A stretch of 61,995 bases of DNA, filler included, from Gonapodya sp. JEL0774 (taxonomy: Eukaryota): the NCBI GenBank assembly GCA_027604505.1. It is 12 parts of 12 records of this genome, joined end to end, with 100 filler letters (N's around TTAATTAATTAA, not from the genome) between each part and the next. Parts side by side here need not be neighbours in the genome. Positions count along the whole stretch, not along the records: positions 1 to 5,105 come from JADIIX010000787.1; positions 5,206 to 10,301 come from JADIIX010000788.1; positions 10,402 to 15,492 come from JADIIX010000789.1; 9 more parts are not named here. One strand, written 5' to 3'. Both the position numbers and the translations under genes were made by a program. Shown one piece after another: positions 1-12,436 of the stretch (positions are counted from its first letter, which is position 1; every line of letters starts with the position of its first letter). The notes beneath the pieces were generated by a model. It did not search any database. It was not told the DNA's origin and saw only the letters and a list, made by a program, of their open reading frames with translations.

Positions 1-1124
1 CGCGAATACCGCCTGCATCGGGAGCAGTAGGGTGTGGGCGAGTTGGAACTTGCTGCGACGACGAACATTTGTTGGTCGTGCATAGTTCATGGATCGCCGA
101 AAAGGGAAGCAGCACGTACCGTCTTCGCGAAGTTGAATTCAGCCCCGAGTCTCTTTTTCGTAGCATCATCCATTTCTTCGCGAACCTTGACCAGGTCGGA
201 CTTTTCCTCAGTGTGCATGTGATCTGCCGCGTGTGAACGACTGAATTTAGCACCTCAGATACCTCAGGAACAGATCATTTTCGAGCGACTACCATTCAGC
301 TCCTAGAGATTGCCGGTAAACATGGAAAATCTGTTGGATTGGGGCGATGATCTTTGATTGTACGCGCAAGCGTTTTCACATACCTTCATCACCGCAGTTA
401 ATACCACCAGTACCGGAGATCTCTTGACACCCTTGTTCTCCTGACTCGTCATTTCCTCCACACGGTGTAGACCTTCTTTGATCTTCTGGTGGCCCTGGCG
501 GAGGTGATTTATGTCAACAGCTCGACCGCTCCCCGCCATGGATTCCAGATTGGGGTAGAGAACCAATTCTTCCGCAGTGGAGTGAACAGTAACTTCACGG
601 ATGTCTAGACGCAGTGAAATTAAATAACTTTAATCTGTCAGAAACATTGATCGAGCCGAAGTTCTATGGATTCCGTGGACCAACATTCGTTCAATATCGC
701 TTGCTTCTTGGATTCCTCTCGCTCCTTTTGGAAGCGCTGACAGAGCTCCCGGATGGAGCTAGGCAGTAAAACGTTTTAGAGGACTAGCGCTGTATGTAAT
801 CAGAGATAGTAACGCACTTGTGGTCTTGAACGACGAGCTCATCGATGGAATGATACGCTCCCACCGAATCGATCGCACTGTTTCGTTGTGAGCAAGAACT
901 CAATTGCGGCCTGCCGATATTCAAGTACACGACCATGGTACGTACTCTGATACCACTCCGCGGCCGATCGCGTGGGCGGTGTTGCTAATGTCCTCCGTGT
1001 CGGTCCCCGATGATTGCCAACGGGAGGATCTCCGAATCGTTTTCGCGCAATTGGCAACAAGTTGTCGAGGAGACAACAAACGGTAGCAAGGACGTAGACC
1101 AGCCGACAGGAGTGTCGTAGTCAT
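1..1124 (-). CDS. Hemerythrin-like (HHE cation-binding) protein, copy B, multi-exon, 3'-truncated by the window start
   Basis: ATG at 1124. Spliced segments read IDELVVQDH / SIRELCQRFQKEREESKKQAILNE / IREVTVHSTAEELVLYPNLE...LRQGHQKIKEGL / HMHTEEKSDL...LGAEFNFAKT / QVPTRPHPTAP. These carry HxxxEE, H and HxxxEE motifs plus the PTRPHP signature. The N-terminus is Arg/Ser-rich and presequence-like. Confidence 0.8.
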
Positions 1125-1277
1125 GGTTAAAAGTACAGCAATGGAAAATTATCGATTGTGTATCAGATCACCAGATCAGCGTTGAAATGTGTAAGCGTGT
1201 ATTTTGTTCAAACTAACTATGTATTTCTGCATCGTCGTGCATGGACGATCTGAGCTTCCAACCACCCGTCATCCCAG

Positions 1278-2728
1278 CTACTTCACCCGCCTCTCTGCGA
1301 AATCTTTCCCCATATCCTTGATCCTGTCGAGCATGGCCGCCGGGAGACCAGCTGATCGCATACAAGAAAAGAAAATAAGTTCCGCTTCTTTAGTCTTAGC
1401 AAATCTATGACACTTGGGGATCAGCTCACCCATCATCTCTTTGAGCCCTCCCGTATCTGGAGCAGACGGGTGGGGCCTGGTTGGGACGTGCTGAGAAATG
1501 CACAGACCACGATACAATATTCTTTGGGTCGTGAAGCAACGCAAAAGCAGTGTTGTCAGTCCTCACCGTCTTCGCAAAGCTGAACTCGGCCCCCAGACGC
1601 AGCCGAGTGCCGTGGTCTATTTCCCGGCGGACACGGACCAGATCAGACTCTTCTTCGGTTTTCATGTGTGCTTTGAAGAGAGAGGGAGTGTTCAATGAAT
1701 GTGATTCACCTGAAGCGGTGAATTTTTCGGGATCTGAATATGATCATTCTCACCTTCGAGATCCTAATTAATCAATGCGGAGAGGAGAATCCCAATGCAG
1801 GAACGGAAGTGAGGGAATCCTTGTTAGATCAACGACTCACAAGCACCTTGTTGCGAGCCACCCCCGCTGCCCCCCTGATCAACCCACCTCCACCACCGTC
1901 GCCACCGTCTGCTCCACCGCCACACTTCTGGACCCTTTCCCTTGCGTCGTCAGCATCTCGTCGACCCTCCACAACCCCTCCTTTACGCTTTGATGCCCCT
2001 TGCGGAGTTTGGCGACATTTGTGGTCGAGTCCGTGGCAGTCATGGACTCGAGTTTGGGGTACAGGATCATCTCCTCGGCGGCGGAATGGAGGGCGACTTC
2101 GCGAATGACTGGTGGGAGCGATCGATAGGAACCCACGGTGAATGACCGTGAGTGAGATCCTTGCGGAGCTGAAGATCGGTCAAGAACAGTGACAAGCTCA
2201 CACTCGTTCAAGATCGCCTGTTTCGCCATCTCGTCAGCTTCCTTCTGGTACCTATCGTACAGCTCCCGAATGGATCTAAGTTGTCGAATCAAACGGGTTA
2301 TAATGACGTCAGCAATTTCCGTTGATCTCGTTCGCGCGCACCACATCGACCACAACCCACGCGTGATCAACCACGACAAGCTGGTCGATTGGCCTTGAAG
2401 CCGCTACGAGGACAGTCTCCTGCGCTTTCTGATGAACTGCCGCGGCCGCGTCCTGTGCTTTCTCGCGAACTGACGCGGCGGTTTCCTCCGCCATTTTATG
2501 TACAGATGCGGCAGTCTCTTGCGTTTTCTTTTGAACCGACCCGGCTGTCTCCTGCGCGGTCTGTCGAACGGACTCGGCGGCCTCCTTAGCGCGGTCTGTG
2601 ATCGAGGTGGATTGGAAACGGAACGTGGGAACAACAAGGACGGGCGGCGGGCTAGAACGCATATACCAGGCGCAAGCCAGTCGGGTTTGCAGGGGAAGGA
2701 GTCTGGCGGGTCGGAAACGTTGAAGCAT
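1278..2728 (-). CDS. Hemerythrin-like (HHE) protein, copy A, with putative mitochondrial presequence and 11-mer repeats
   Basis: ATG at 2728. Exons read IDQLVVVDH / SIRELYDRYQKEADEMAKQAILNE / IREVALHSAAEEMILYPKLE...LRKGHQSVKEGL / HMKTEEESDL...LGAEFSFAKT / HVPTRPHPSAPDTGG / AGLPAAMLDRIKDMGKDFAERRVK*. The exon layout is the same as in copy B. Confidence 0.85.
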
Positions 2729-3459
2729 TGCGATGAGGTTGACTCTGGGTTTATTGCGGTTTGTTTTGAATCAATCAGTGTGCTTTCACATCTGGATTGA
2801 TTGAACGGTGACGTCAGCGCACAATGTTTACCGTTGTCGCCAATCACAATTTCAAAGCATATGAGCAAGTAAATAGTGCGTCTTCCAATGGTTACTTTAT
2901 GAATAATAAATTGATTTAATCCGAGTCTCTCATGTGATCAAACACTATCTCGCCACCACCATCACCGCGACGGTGCGAAAGCACCGTTCCTTCCCGCATC
3001 TGAGTCTCAACAAACCTCCGATTTAGTCTAGCTATCCCCAACCAAATATGTGTATGGTCTGTGGATTGATGTTGCACTGAGGGCACCAGTGGGTGCGTCT
3101 TGCACCACGTTATCCGAGAAACATCACGTCCGTCTCCGATCACATCTCAAACTTCACTAACAAACGAGCCACCAGATGCGATACCATTCAGCAAGAACTT
3201 CACAGTCCTGTGGAGCCGTGATCATGAGCTGCCACAGCAAGCAACTGGTGGCAATTCAAGGTCAGGCGCCGTCAAGACAGAGAGAGCTGTATTCCAGGCT
3301 GTGATACCAAATTCATGCTCCGTGGGTTCTAGTGCTAACGAGCTGGGAGTGGGGAGGTGACCGCGAGTCACGTTTCATGACCTCAAAAACCCCTCAGTGA
3401 CTCGGCTGCGCCGGGCCAAAGGAGCTGCGAGAGACCGAGATTCGAGAATTCACCCGATC

Positions 3460-3650
3460 ACAAGCCGGTTCAGTCCTTTGGCAATGGTAGGTCGCAAAAC
3501 CACTCGACTTCAGGCCATGGCTCTCGGAACTTTCCTCCGCAAGCAATGGTCCACCCAGAGTGGGTATTATTACAAACAGAATTTCCGAGAGCACAGAATT
3601 TCACTGGCGCGTTCTGGCGCGAGGGAGATTGGAGTGGGTAGTGTCATGGA
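3460..3650. repeat. Diverged duplicated segment (partner at about 4800-4970)
   Basis: Collinear shared blocks GTTCAGTCCTT, CCATGG.TCT, AATGGTCCA, AATTTCACTGGCG and GCGAGGGAGAT..GAGTGGG occur in both places. Confidence 0.6.
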
Positions 3651-5105
3651 GAGCAGGCGTGGGACAACCTGCAGGCTCCCGGTCTTCGTATTCCAGCTCA
3701 CGCCGGACCCATATTCCATGACAAAACGTCACTTGTACTGCAAATGGAAAAGACAATAGAAAAGCTCACTGAAACTGATACTCAAGGAAAGCTCTTCAAG
3801 GCGTTTCCCAAGTGGTGTCTCCGCCTCAGACGGACTGTTTCTCCTTGGACGTCCATCGAAACACGCACATGGATCACGACGTGACGTGGCCTACCACAAA
3901 AAAAAAACCAACACAAGAAGCGAGGAATCTTGTGTGTGAACGGTGAGGCTCGGGTGTGCCAGTTGAAGTGTAAGTACGTACAAAATGAGTAGAAGAGAAA
4001 ATCGGCACCCTCACTGCTGACGAGCGGCGATGACCTTCTGCCATCGCAACCCGGCACCTTGTAGTGATCGTGGTATGCACATGTGAACACCGCTGGTTGA
4101 AACCAGGGCGCCCCGTGATCACACACGCAAAACCTTCGATCCACCGTCGACATTGACCGTACTGACGCAGCCACGGGTGATAAATGTGTCTGTCAGTTGT
4201 AAATGTCCACGCTCGTGCTCCACCCAGCCCGAGGAATCACAATGATATGCACCTTCGCACGTCGGAGTACAGTCACCCCGGCTTCAAGCAAGGAGACCAA
4301 TAGCACCATACCGTACGCAAAAGTCGGATCGAGACCGCCGCGACGTTTTTGGCCCCATCCGTGTCCGGTGCTCCGTGACGTGTCCTGTGTCGCTTGTCCG
4401 CCAGTCGGTGAGCAAGCCGCGTCGTATGTGCAAAGACTGGACCTACTTTATGATTGCGAACTAGAGAAGATGTGTGTCCTTATCCGGCCCGGCCCCCCGA
4501 CACAAAGGGTTCGAAAAGAAAGACCAAAAAATTTACATAACGAGATGGTGTCAGAGCACAAGTAGGGGTGCATCTTGCACCACGTACGAGAACCAGCGTC
4601 ATATGTCTCGATCCAAAGCACGTTTTGCCCGACGTGAAAGAAGCTGGTTGCAACTCAAAATCAGCCCTCTTCAGTCTGTGGTCCCGGTTTCATTGGCAGG
4701 TTTCCACGGTTTTCATGAGGTCAAGCCCAATCACTGCACTCTGCTGCTCAAGGTTTTGGAGCGACGAGTGGCTGAGCTTCAGAAATCGCCGTTCCACAAG
4801 CCCGTTCAGTCCTTCGTCACTTGCCGGTCCAAACACTCTTGTACCATGGTTCTGGGATCGCTCTTCCGGAAAAAATGGTCCAAAAGAGGTTGCACATGTA
4901 TAAATAGAATGTTGTGAGCTCAAATTTCACTGGCGGGGTTCTCGTGCGAGGGAGATCAGAGTGGGCATGTTGCTGCGAGTCAGTTTTCATTACTTCTAAA
5001 CCCGCTCACTGAGCTCCACAGAACATGCCAAAGGAGCGTCGAAAGACTAAACTTCAAATTCACACGTCCACAAGCTTGTCGAGACCTTGAGCAATGGCCA
5101 ATGAC

Positions 5106-5205
5106 NNNNNNNNNNNNNNNNNNNNNNNNNNNNNNNNNNNNNNNNNNNNTTAATTAATTAANNNNNNNNNNNNNNNNNNNNNNNNNNNNNNNNNNNNNNN
5201 NNNNN
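5106..5205. other. Artificial contig spacer N44-TTAATTAATTAA-N44 (first of 11)
   Basis: The same 100-nt spacer occurs at 5106, 10302, 15493, 20677, 25856, 31034, 36210, 41381, 46545, 51703 and 56854. Contig lengths fall steadily from about 5.1 to about 5.04 kb. Confidence 0.99.
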
Positions 5206-7309
5206 ATTGGTCAGCAAAGCTTGGTGGACCGGAATGGGGACCGTTCTTTGCCTGGTACACAGCATGGATGAATCTTCTCGGTACGCTTATTCGATCCACG
5301 TATTTGTTCGGGGATGTGATCCTCACCGATCGAAATGCAATATCTAGGGGGCATCGGGGGCCTTACGTCTGGTGTCTTTTCCGTGTCCAATCTGCTTTGG
5401 AGTATTATTCTGAGTGGGTTTTTGTCCTGCACTGATACTGCACTGATGACGAACTCAATGTGAAATCTCCATCAGTCTGGCGACCCGATACTGAGATAAC
5501 ACTGGCGAAGATCGCCCTCGTTGCAGAGGCGTTGATTTTCATGGGCGGTGTTCTCAACTCCATCCACCCTTCGATCCTTAACCGGATTTTGGAGTTTTCC
5601 GTTGTTTTGCATGTCGTTGGCACGGTATGCTCTGCTGTTCCTCCACCTCGCCCCAAAAGCTCATTATTGCACGACATCCATCGTTCTCAGTTTTTCATGG
5701 CCATCCTCCTCTTCACTCGGCCACCTGCTCTTGCACCGGCTTCGTTTGTATTCCAGGACTTTGTGAATTTGACGGGTCAAGACTCCATGCCATACGCATT
5801 CCTTGTTGGTCTGCTGTTCCCCGCTTGGACTGTGAGTATTGGTGAAGGATTTTCGCTTGACCAAATATTCTCCGAGCATTTTCTTATATTTTACCTTACG
5901 TCGTAGTTCCTAGGGTACGATGCTTCGGCGCACATCTCCGAAGAGTGAGTTCCCACCACATCTTCGAAGAGTGGTTCCAGTCTCTCTGCTTTCGCAGGGT
6001 GCTCATGTGGCCAGTTGGCGTTGGCTTTCAGGACGATCGATTCGCACATTCACGCCGCTAGGGGTATCACTATGGCTGTCGTAACCTCGGTAAGTTAAAC
6101 TCGCGACATCCATTAATACTGCCGTGACTTGAATTTACCGTTGATTTGCGGTGGTATGAAGGCCATCGTCGGCTTCTTCCTGCTTCTCGCCACTCTCTTC
6201 GCAATCCAAGATTTCAACGCGGTATTGGGCTCGACCTTCCCTGCACCTGTCACGCAAATCTACATGGACTCCGTCGGCCGTGAATGGTCGACCGTCATTA
6301 TGGTCATCGTTTTTACTTGCGGGCTTACAAATGTTGTCGGCTCGGTGATCGCCAACAGTCGTGTGACTTACAGTAAGTGATCGCAGAGATGTGTTCAGCT
6401 GTGATCATAGATTCACGGACATTGCCAAATTCAGCTTGGGCTCGTGACGGCGGCTTTGGTGTTCGGTTGTCAAAGTTCCTCTACTGGGGACACCCAACGA
6501 CGAAGCTCCCTCTTCGTGGGGTTTGGCTCATGTGTATCAGTGAGTATGACAACAATGTTTTGGGATTTGCTTGCTCATTTATTATCTTCGATTGCTATAG
6601 TTGGTATGCTTCTGTCCATCATCGGGTTCGGAAGCGCCGCTGCTCTTCCGGCGTTCTCGTCGCTCGGAGTCAGTGAGTATGACGAATGTCAGCGGTTGTG
6701 CCATGTTAATCTAACGTGAAAATTTGCTGTGCAGTCGGTCTTATGGTCTCTTATGCGCTCCCGATCTCTGGAAAACTTCTCATCACCGGAGACAGTTTCA
6801 AGCCCGGCGGTGAGTGACGCGCGCTCCCCTGAATATGCCTTGCCAAATGCTAATCTTCTTTTCGGATACTATCTCCTAGTATACAACAATGGTCGTTACT
6901 CTAAGATTCTCAACGTCATTTCCGTTGCATGGGTTGCCTTCCTCACCGTTCTCTTCTCCCTACCGAGCACATTCCCCGTGACTGCACAGAATCTCAACTG
7001 TGAGTGGAGTATTGCAATCTGAACTCTTCGGCGCGCTCAGAGGTACCCTGTCTTCGACGTAGATGCCCCCATTTTGCTCGTCGTATGGTCTGGAATGGTG
7101 ACGACGGCGTGGTTCTTGGTAGGTGGCATGTTTCAATCTTCGATGTGTGTCAATGGATGCCAAACTTCGTCTCCATTCGACCAACTGTGTAGTCTGCCAA
7201 AAAATGGTTCAAGGGACCAGTCGTGCATGTCACCGAAGAAGAAATCGACACTATGGAGTCCAAAGCCAACGAGGAGAAGATGCAGCTTGGAGCGACCACA
7301 CAGGTTTAG
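5206..7309 (+). CDS. APC-superfamily amino-acid/GABA/choline permease (UGA4/HNM1-like), 5'-truncated, many introns
   Basis: Spliced motifs GLLFPAWT/FLGYDASAHISEE, ANSRVTY/AWARDGG, HPTTKLPLRGVW, LPSTFPVTAQNLN and SAKKWFKGP. Stop TAG ends at 7309. Confidence 0.9.
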
Positions 7310-8112
7310 AGGTTTAGCATGATTGTTAATATCTAACTATGGATCTTGTACATGATTTTTTGAGAGGATTTTCTCTGGTATTAATGTCATTCGGCGTCTC
7401 AATCCCATCAGTATGTTCCTTGTGTGTGAACTGGACCGCCTAGGGCTGCAGGTCTGAGACGTGGGGGTCCAGGAGGAGAGGTCGATCGTTGCCAGAGCCT
7501 GGGACTGGCCGTCCAGCCGTCATGTGCTTAATTCTCACATAATCTAAACGGACATACAAATAATTCAACGTCAACAACAAAGAGTCCATTGGCCGAAGCT
7601 AAAGGAACCGCGCAAAACATTATTATTACGAATGTCCCAATGCACCAACCGTCAAAGCCATGTAATCGACCAGAAGTTCGAACAAAAGTAACGTTCGTTC
7701 CGGCACCTCGAACAAGAACAAAATTCGCTCGGGCCCTCCAACTCGTCCGAAAAGGGCAAATGTGTCAGTGTGCCCTCAAATCCAGACTTACCCTAGCAAT
7801 CAGCACCAAAGACGACATGGGCGAGAGAATGGGAAAGAGTCGGGGCTTGCGAGAGGAGACCTCTCCCATGGTGCACGGAATGAGGCACCTCGCCAAACCC
7901 TTCATAACGCCTGGGTCGAACACAAAGTTTGCTGATGTTTCGCCATAAATGTGCATGAAAATATGATTCGGGTGACATGCATGGACTTGGAATTGGAAGT
8001 ACCAGATTCATTGTTTCAAATGCATCTGGATGAACCAGAAAAAGATCCGTCCTCTGAGCCGGCTAAATTTCCTGAGACGATCATCAGCACATCCCAATGG
8101 AAGTTTGACAAG

Positions 8113-10301
8113 ATGTCTGCCCAGCACCATTCCCCGATTCCACCACTCATCGCGACGTTTTTTGTGTCATTTGCTGCACTTCCATGTCTTCACTTTGCCC
8201 CGATGCTGTTTCCGGACAGCGATGCAAAGGGTTTGAGTTCAGGGGGTACAGTTCTGCCATTCGTGGCATTTGCCATCATCGCAACGGCGATGGTGGGCTT
8301 GGTCGTGTTTGCTGTCAAGCCGTTCAAGCACCCTACCGATGACGGGTTTCAAATTTACATGTTCAGCTTCTTTGGGTTTACTTCAATAGTGTGAGTTTGG
8401 AGTTGTTTTCGCGCCATCAAACGTCGATTCGATGCCTTATCGAATCAAACAATGTGAATCCTACCGCCAGAGATCTTGTTTTATCACTGGGTGCACTCGG
8501 ATTTGTGGACATAGGCACCTTCTACTTGAGAAGTGAAGAGAAGCACCATTCTAGGTAACAGTTCGAGTTCTTCCGCGTCTGCGGCCCAGCAACTAGGCTG
8601 GAATGCTTACATTTCTTCGCCACGTAGTTCTCATGGAGCCATGCTTTGCCTCTGGGACGGTTTCGCTCAGATTTCCTGTCACTTCGCGTTCGTGTTCGCG
8701 CTTGTGATTCACGGAAAGGAGTTTTGGAAACACAAAACCTGGAGAGCACTCACGTGGTGGTGGGTCGCGTCTATTTTTAACTCGTGAGCTTCCTAAGTCT
8801 TTGAAGTGCCCAGTCTGTCATGCCTCTGACCCCGAGTCAAACTTCTCAACGTGCCTTTCCGTTCCTTAGAATGGGGTTCATGCCCTCGGCGGCCGTAGGC
8901 ATATTTGGTGAACACCTCGCCCCTTCATTCGCACTTAACATCCCGTGGGTCCTCTGGCCAATCTCCATCGTGTTCAAACTTATCGACGAAAGACCTAAGG
9001 AGCCTGTTACGACCACCCTCCTCAAACCCAACACCAAACCAACTTTCTTCATGATTGTGTTCCTGGGTGTTCTTCTCCCCTTTACCTTCATTGCTCGCTG
9101 GATCGTTTCCGCCGGGTCCACCCTCTCCTGGGCAACTTGGTACATCGACCATGTCGAGCCCGAACTCATCACGCCTGCGAAATTCCCATTCATTCAACTC
9201 ACAGTGTACGCTCTGTGGCTCGCACCCGCCTCCATCGGTGTCGCTCGAGCCCTGTGGGTCTACAGATCGCGCCACCTGTACAGTTCACAGCCGTTTCCCG
9301 TATGGATCCGCGACGTGCTCTTCGCCATGTTTGGGTGTCTCGCACAGGGTCAGTGGTGCTACGTGGGATCGGCGTATTTCCAGACCGACTTTGTCCAGGT
9401 GGAGGGGTTCAGGCCCGTCCCCAAAGAACACGAGACCTTCTTCTGGCTTTTGAATGTCGGATTCCTCGTCGCAGTGCCGGCTGCATGTTGTTCGTGGGCG
9501 TGGAGAGAGGAGTTTGTGGGTGACCATCCTTTGATGCCAACGACAACTACCACCGAAAAAGGTGCCACCGCGATTCCTCCTGCTTCCTCGGTGAGCCGTC
9601 CAACTGCCACTGGTAAAGCTGCCAACGGCCACTCTGCTCCCATTGGAGAACTCGACCTCAAGTTTGTCGACGCTTACATTAAGCCATCCAAAGGGTTCTT
9701 GGGCCACTTCCCCGGCCTTCAGGCACTCCTCAATGCGGCCCCTTCCGGTCCCCATCCCAACCCCATTTACGAGAAAGCACTAAAAGGAAAGCGAGTTGTG
9801 GTCACGGGTGCGTCTAACGTACGTGTGATGTAAATCTTCCGAGCTTTAGAAACTTCCGCTTGAGATTGACTTTACTCTTGTCCTTTAGGGTATCGGTCGC
9901 GACCTCGCCCTCCTCTACGCCCTTCATGGCAGCCACGTGTGCGTTGCCTCTCGTGACTTGGCCGGCCTCCAGAAAGTCCGCTCCGAGTGCCTCGCAGTCC
10001 GCGCTGCAGCACGAGACGCAAGGCGAAAAGCCGGTGGGGAGGACGTGTGGACGGGCAGCGACGACGACGCAGTGTTGGTGGTGAGATATGATGCACTGGC
10101 AGAGGGTGCGAATGAGAGGTTGGTTGGGGAGGTAGTGGGGAAGTGGGGTGGATTGGATGTCCTGGTGTTGAGTGAGTTCACGATCATTTGCTTGCCCGGT
10201 TCTGAGAAATTCTCACGCGCTGCTTCCTCCCACTCACACCAAGACCACACAATGGCTCCATTCTATCGCCTTCTCTCCGCACCGCTCGACAAAGTTCTCT
10301 C
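8113..10301 (+). CDS. TM6SF1/2-like tandem EXPERA membrane protein fused to a C-terminal SDR (11-beta-HSD1-like), 3'-truncated
   Basis: EXPERA1: FGFTSIV/DLVLSL...SHGAMLCLWDG...WWVASIFNS...LNIPWVLWP. EXPERA2: WYIDHVEPELITPAKFPFIQL...GCLAQGQWCYVG...FFWLLN. The same ORF (8820-9833) continues into LKGKRVVVTGASN; after intron 9819-9888 it reads GIGRDLA...ASRDLAGLQKVRSECL...WGGLDVLVL(N)H. Confidence 0.85.
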
Positions 10302-10401
10302 NNNNNNNNNNNNNNNNNNNNNNNNNNNNNNNNNNNNNNNNNNNNTTAATTAATTAANNNNNNNNNNNNNNNNNNNNNNNNNNNNNNNNNNNNNNNNNNN
10401 N

Positions 10402-12436
10402 GGATTGTGTGGGAGCGGGTGTGGAGGGGATGGTGGAGGTGGAGGGGGGAGGGGGGATGATGAGCGGGCGGGAGGACGAGGAAAGGGGGGTGGGATCGCT
10501 GCGGCCGCCGCCCAGGGTTCTCGACCGCCATCGGGACACAGACACTGCGGTGGTGGATGTGGGTTGAGGTGTGGGGTTCGTGTTCGTGTTCGTGTTCGTT
10601 GTGTGAGCTGGCCGTGCACGTGGTGGCGGTGGCGGTGGTGGTGCGGGCTGGTGGACGGCGGTGGTCGTCGCTGCGGGGTGCGCCGGTTGCCCGATCGACC
10701 CAGCTCGTGAGGACGACGCCTAAAAATGGGGCCCAACACCAGGGATGTTCTGGATTAGTACACGTTACGTTACGGGAGGCCGGGCCCCGTGCGCCCGTCG
10801 AAGAAACCAAATTCGGGCCCCACACCGGGACGCGCCACGCCTCACACCTCACCTCGTCCCCGCCGCGGTCCTCCTTGTCCTTGTCCTTGTCCTTCTCGTT
10901 CTCAGACTCGGACTCGGAATCCTCTGGATACAGTGCGTCGTCCACACCTCGGGTCGTTTCTCGGGGTCTTGGTCGTGCGTTCTCGTCCGGCGGGACACCG
11001 CCGGCGCCGCGGGGTGCAGGAACTCCTCCTCCTCCTCCACCACCACCACCACCTCCTCCACCTCCTCCACCACCGCCACCGGCCCGCCCTTTCCCGCGTC
11101 CCCGCTTGCCGCGTTTTTTCTTCTTGGGGGCGGTCGTGGTCGGGCTCGTGGTCGTGGTCGTGGTGGATGCCGGAGCGGGCGATGCGGCGGTGGGTCGGAC
11201 CGGTCGGACTTGTTGGTCGTGCTCGTCCGGGATACGCGGGGTGCGGTCCAGGTCCGGGTCCAGGTGCAGGTGCCCCGTGTCTGTGTGATTGTGGACGTCC
11301 ACCTCCACCTCCACCTGTACAACGCGATCCGCACCTGCAGGTCCAGCTCCGAGCGGCACCACATGCACCTTGTCGCCCGTGCTCGCCGAGGAGAGAAAGG
11401 GTAAGGACCGTATACCGGGCAAGTGGAGGATGTTGGCCGCCAAGCCGCGCGGGAACGGGAGGGAGAAGGAGGAGGCCAGGGTTGGGGGTTTGGGGGGTAC
11501 TGGGGGGCGGGTGGGGAGGGTTGGCACTGCGGTAGGACGTGGAGGTAAAGGAGGTATGGAGGGCGGGGGCAGCATGTGCATGTGCGGGACGAGGTGGAGG
11601 TCGGATGCGGTGTCGAGGGGGTCGATGGGGTCGTAGTAGGAGGACGACGGGGAGCCGGCCGCGGAGGAGGGGGAGTGGGAATGGGAGGAGGCGACGCTGC
11701 GGGGAGATGAGGAGGTGTACTGTGCCGAGGACGGGGCACGTCCATGTCGTGCATCACCACCACCACCACCACCACCACCGCCACCACTACGCGACCCAGT
11801 CTCCGCCTCCGCCTCGGCAGCCGCAGCCGCAGCCGTCCCACCGGATGTGGGCGGCAAACCCGGCGACTGGGACCCCGCTACTGACCCAGCCACGGTATAC
11901 GTGTCGTAGTACACCGAGAAGCCGGATCGGGCCGACTTGCACGACCTGGCTGAGCGGCCTGAGCGGGCTGTGTCGACGGAGGAGCGGCGGGTTGGGGGTG
12001 AGAGGAGGTGGGTGGGTGGTGGGGGAGAGCGGGGGGGCAGCGGTGGCGGGACGGAGGGTGGTGGATGTGGATGTGGATGTGGATGGGGTGCCGGTGCGGG
12101 GGAAAAGGGGGAAAAGGGGTTGCGGCGGGGGAGGGGCGGGTATGGAGAGGGGTGGAGTGCAGGTGTCACGGCGGAGGAGTGCACCACGGTGTTGTTGGAG
12201 TCCGAGTCCGATTCGGATTCTTCGTCCGATGCATCCCCTGCCCTCCCCGAACCTCGCAACAACACATCGAACAGAGCAGCGTCATTCCTGTGCATTGAGA
12301 GTAGGTGTAGTTGGTGTTTTGGTGTTGACGGTGCATCGGGTGAAGCGGTATAGGCGGGTGAGTTTGAGTGATCCTTTGGGAGAGGAATCAAGGGAGCCTG
12401 CAAGGCAACTCGCGATGCTCTGCCCACTCCCCCCAT
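10402..12436 (-). CDS. Long low-complexity Pro/Ser/Gly/His-rich ORF, function unknown, truncated
   Basis: About 680 open codons with poly-G/P/T tracts, a basic KKKKRGKRGRGKGR stretch and a short Trp/Cys-containing segment. No domain recognised. Confidence 0.45.
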
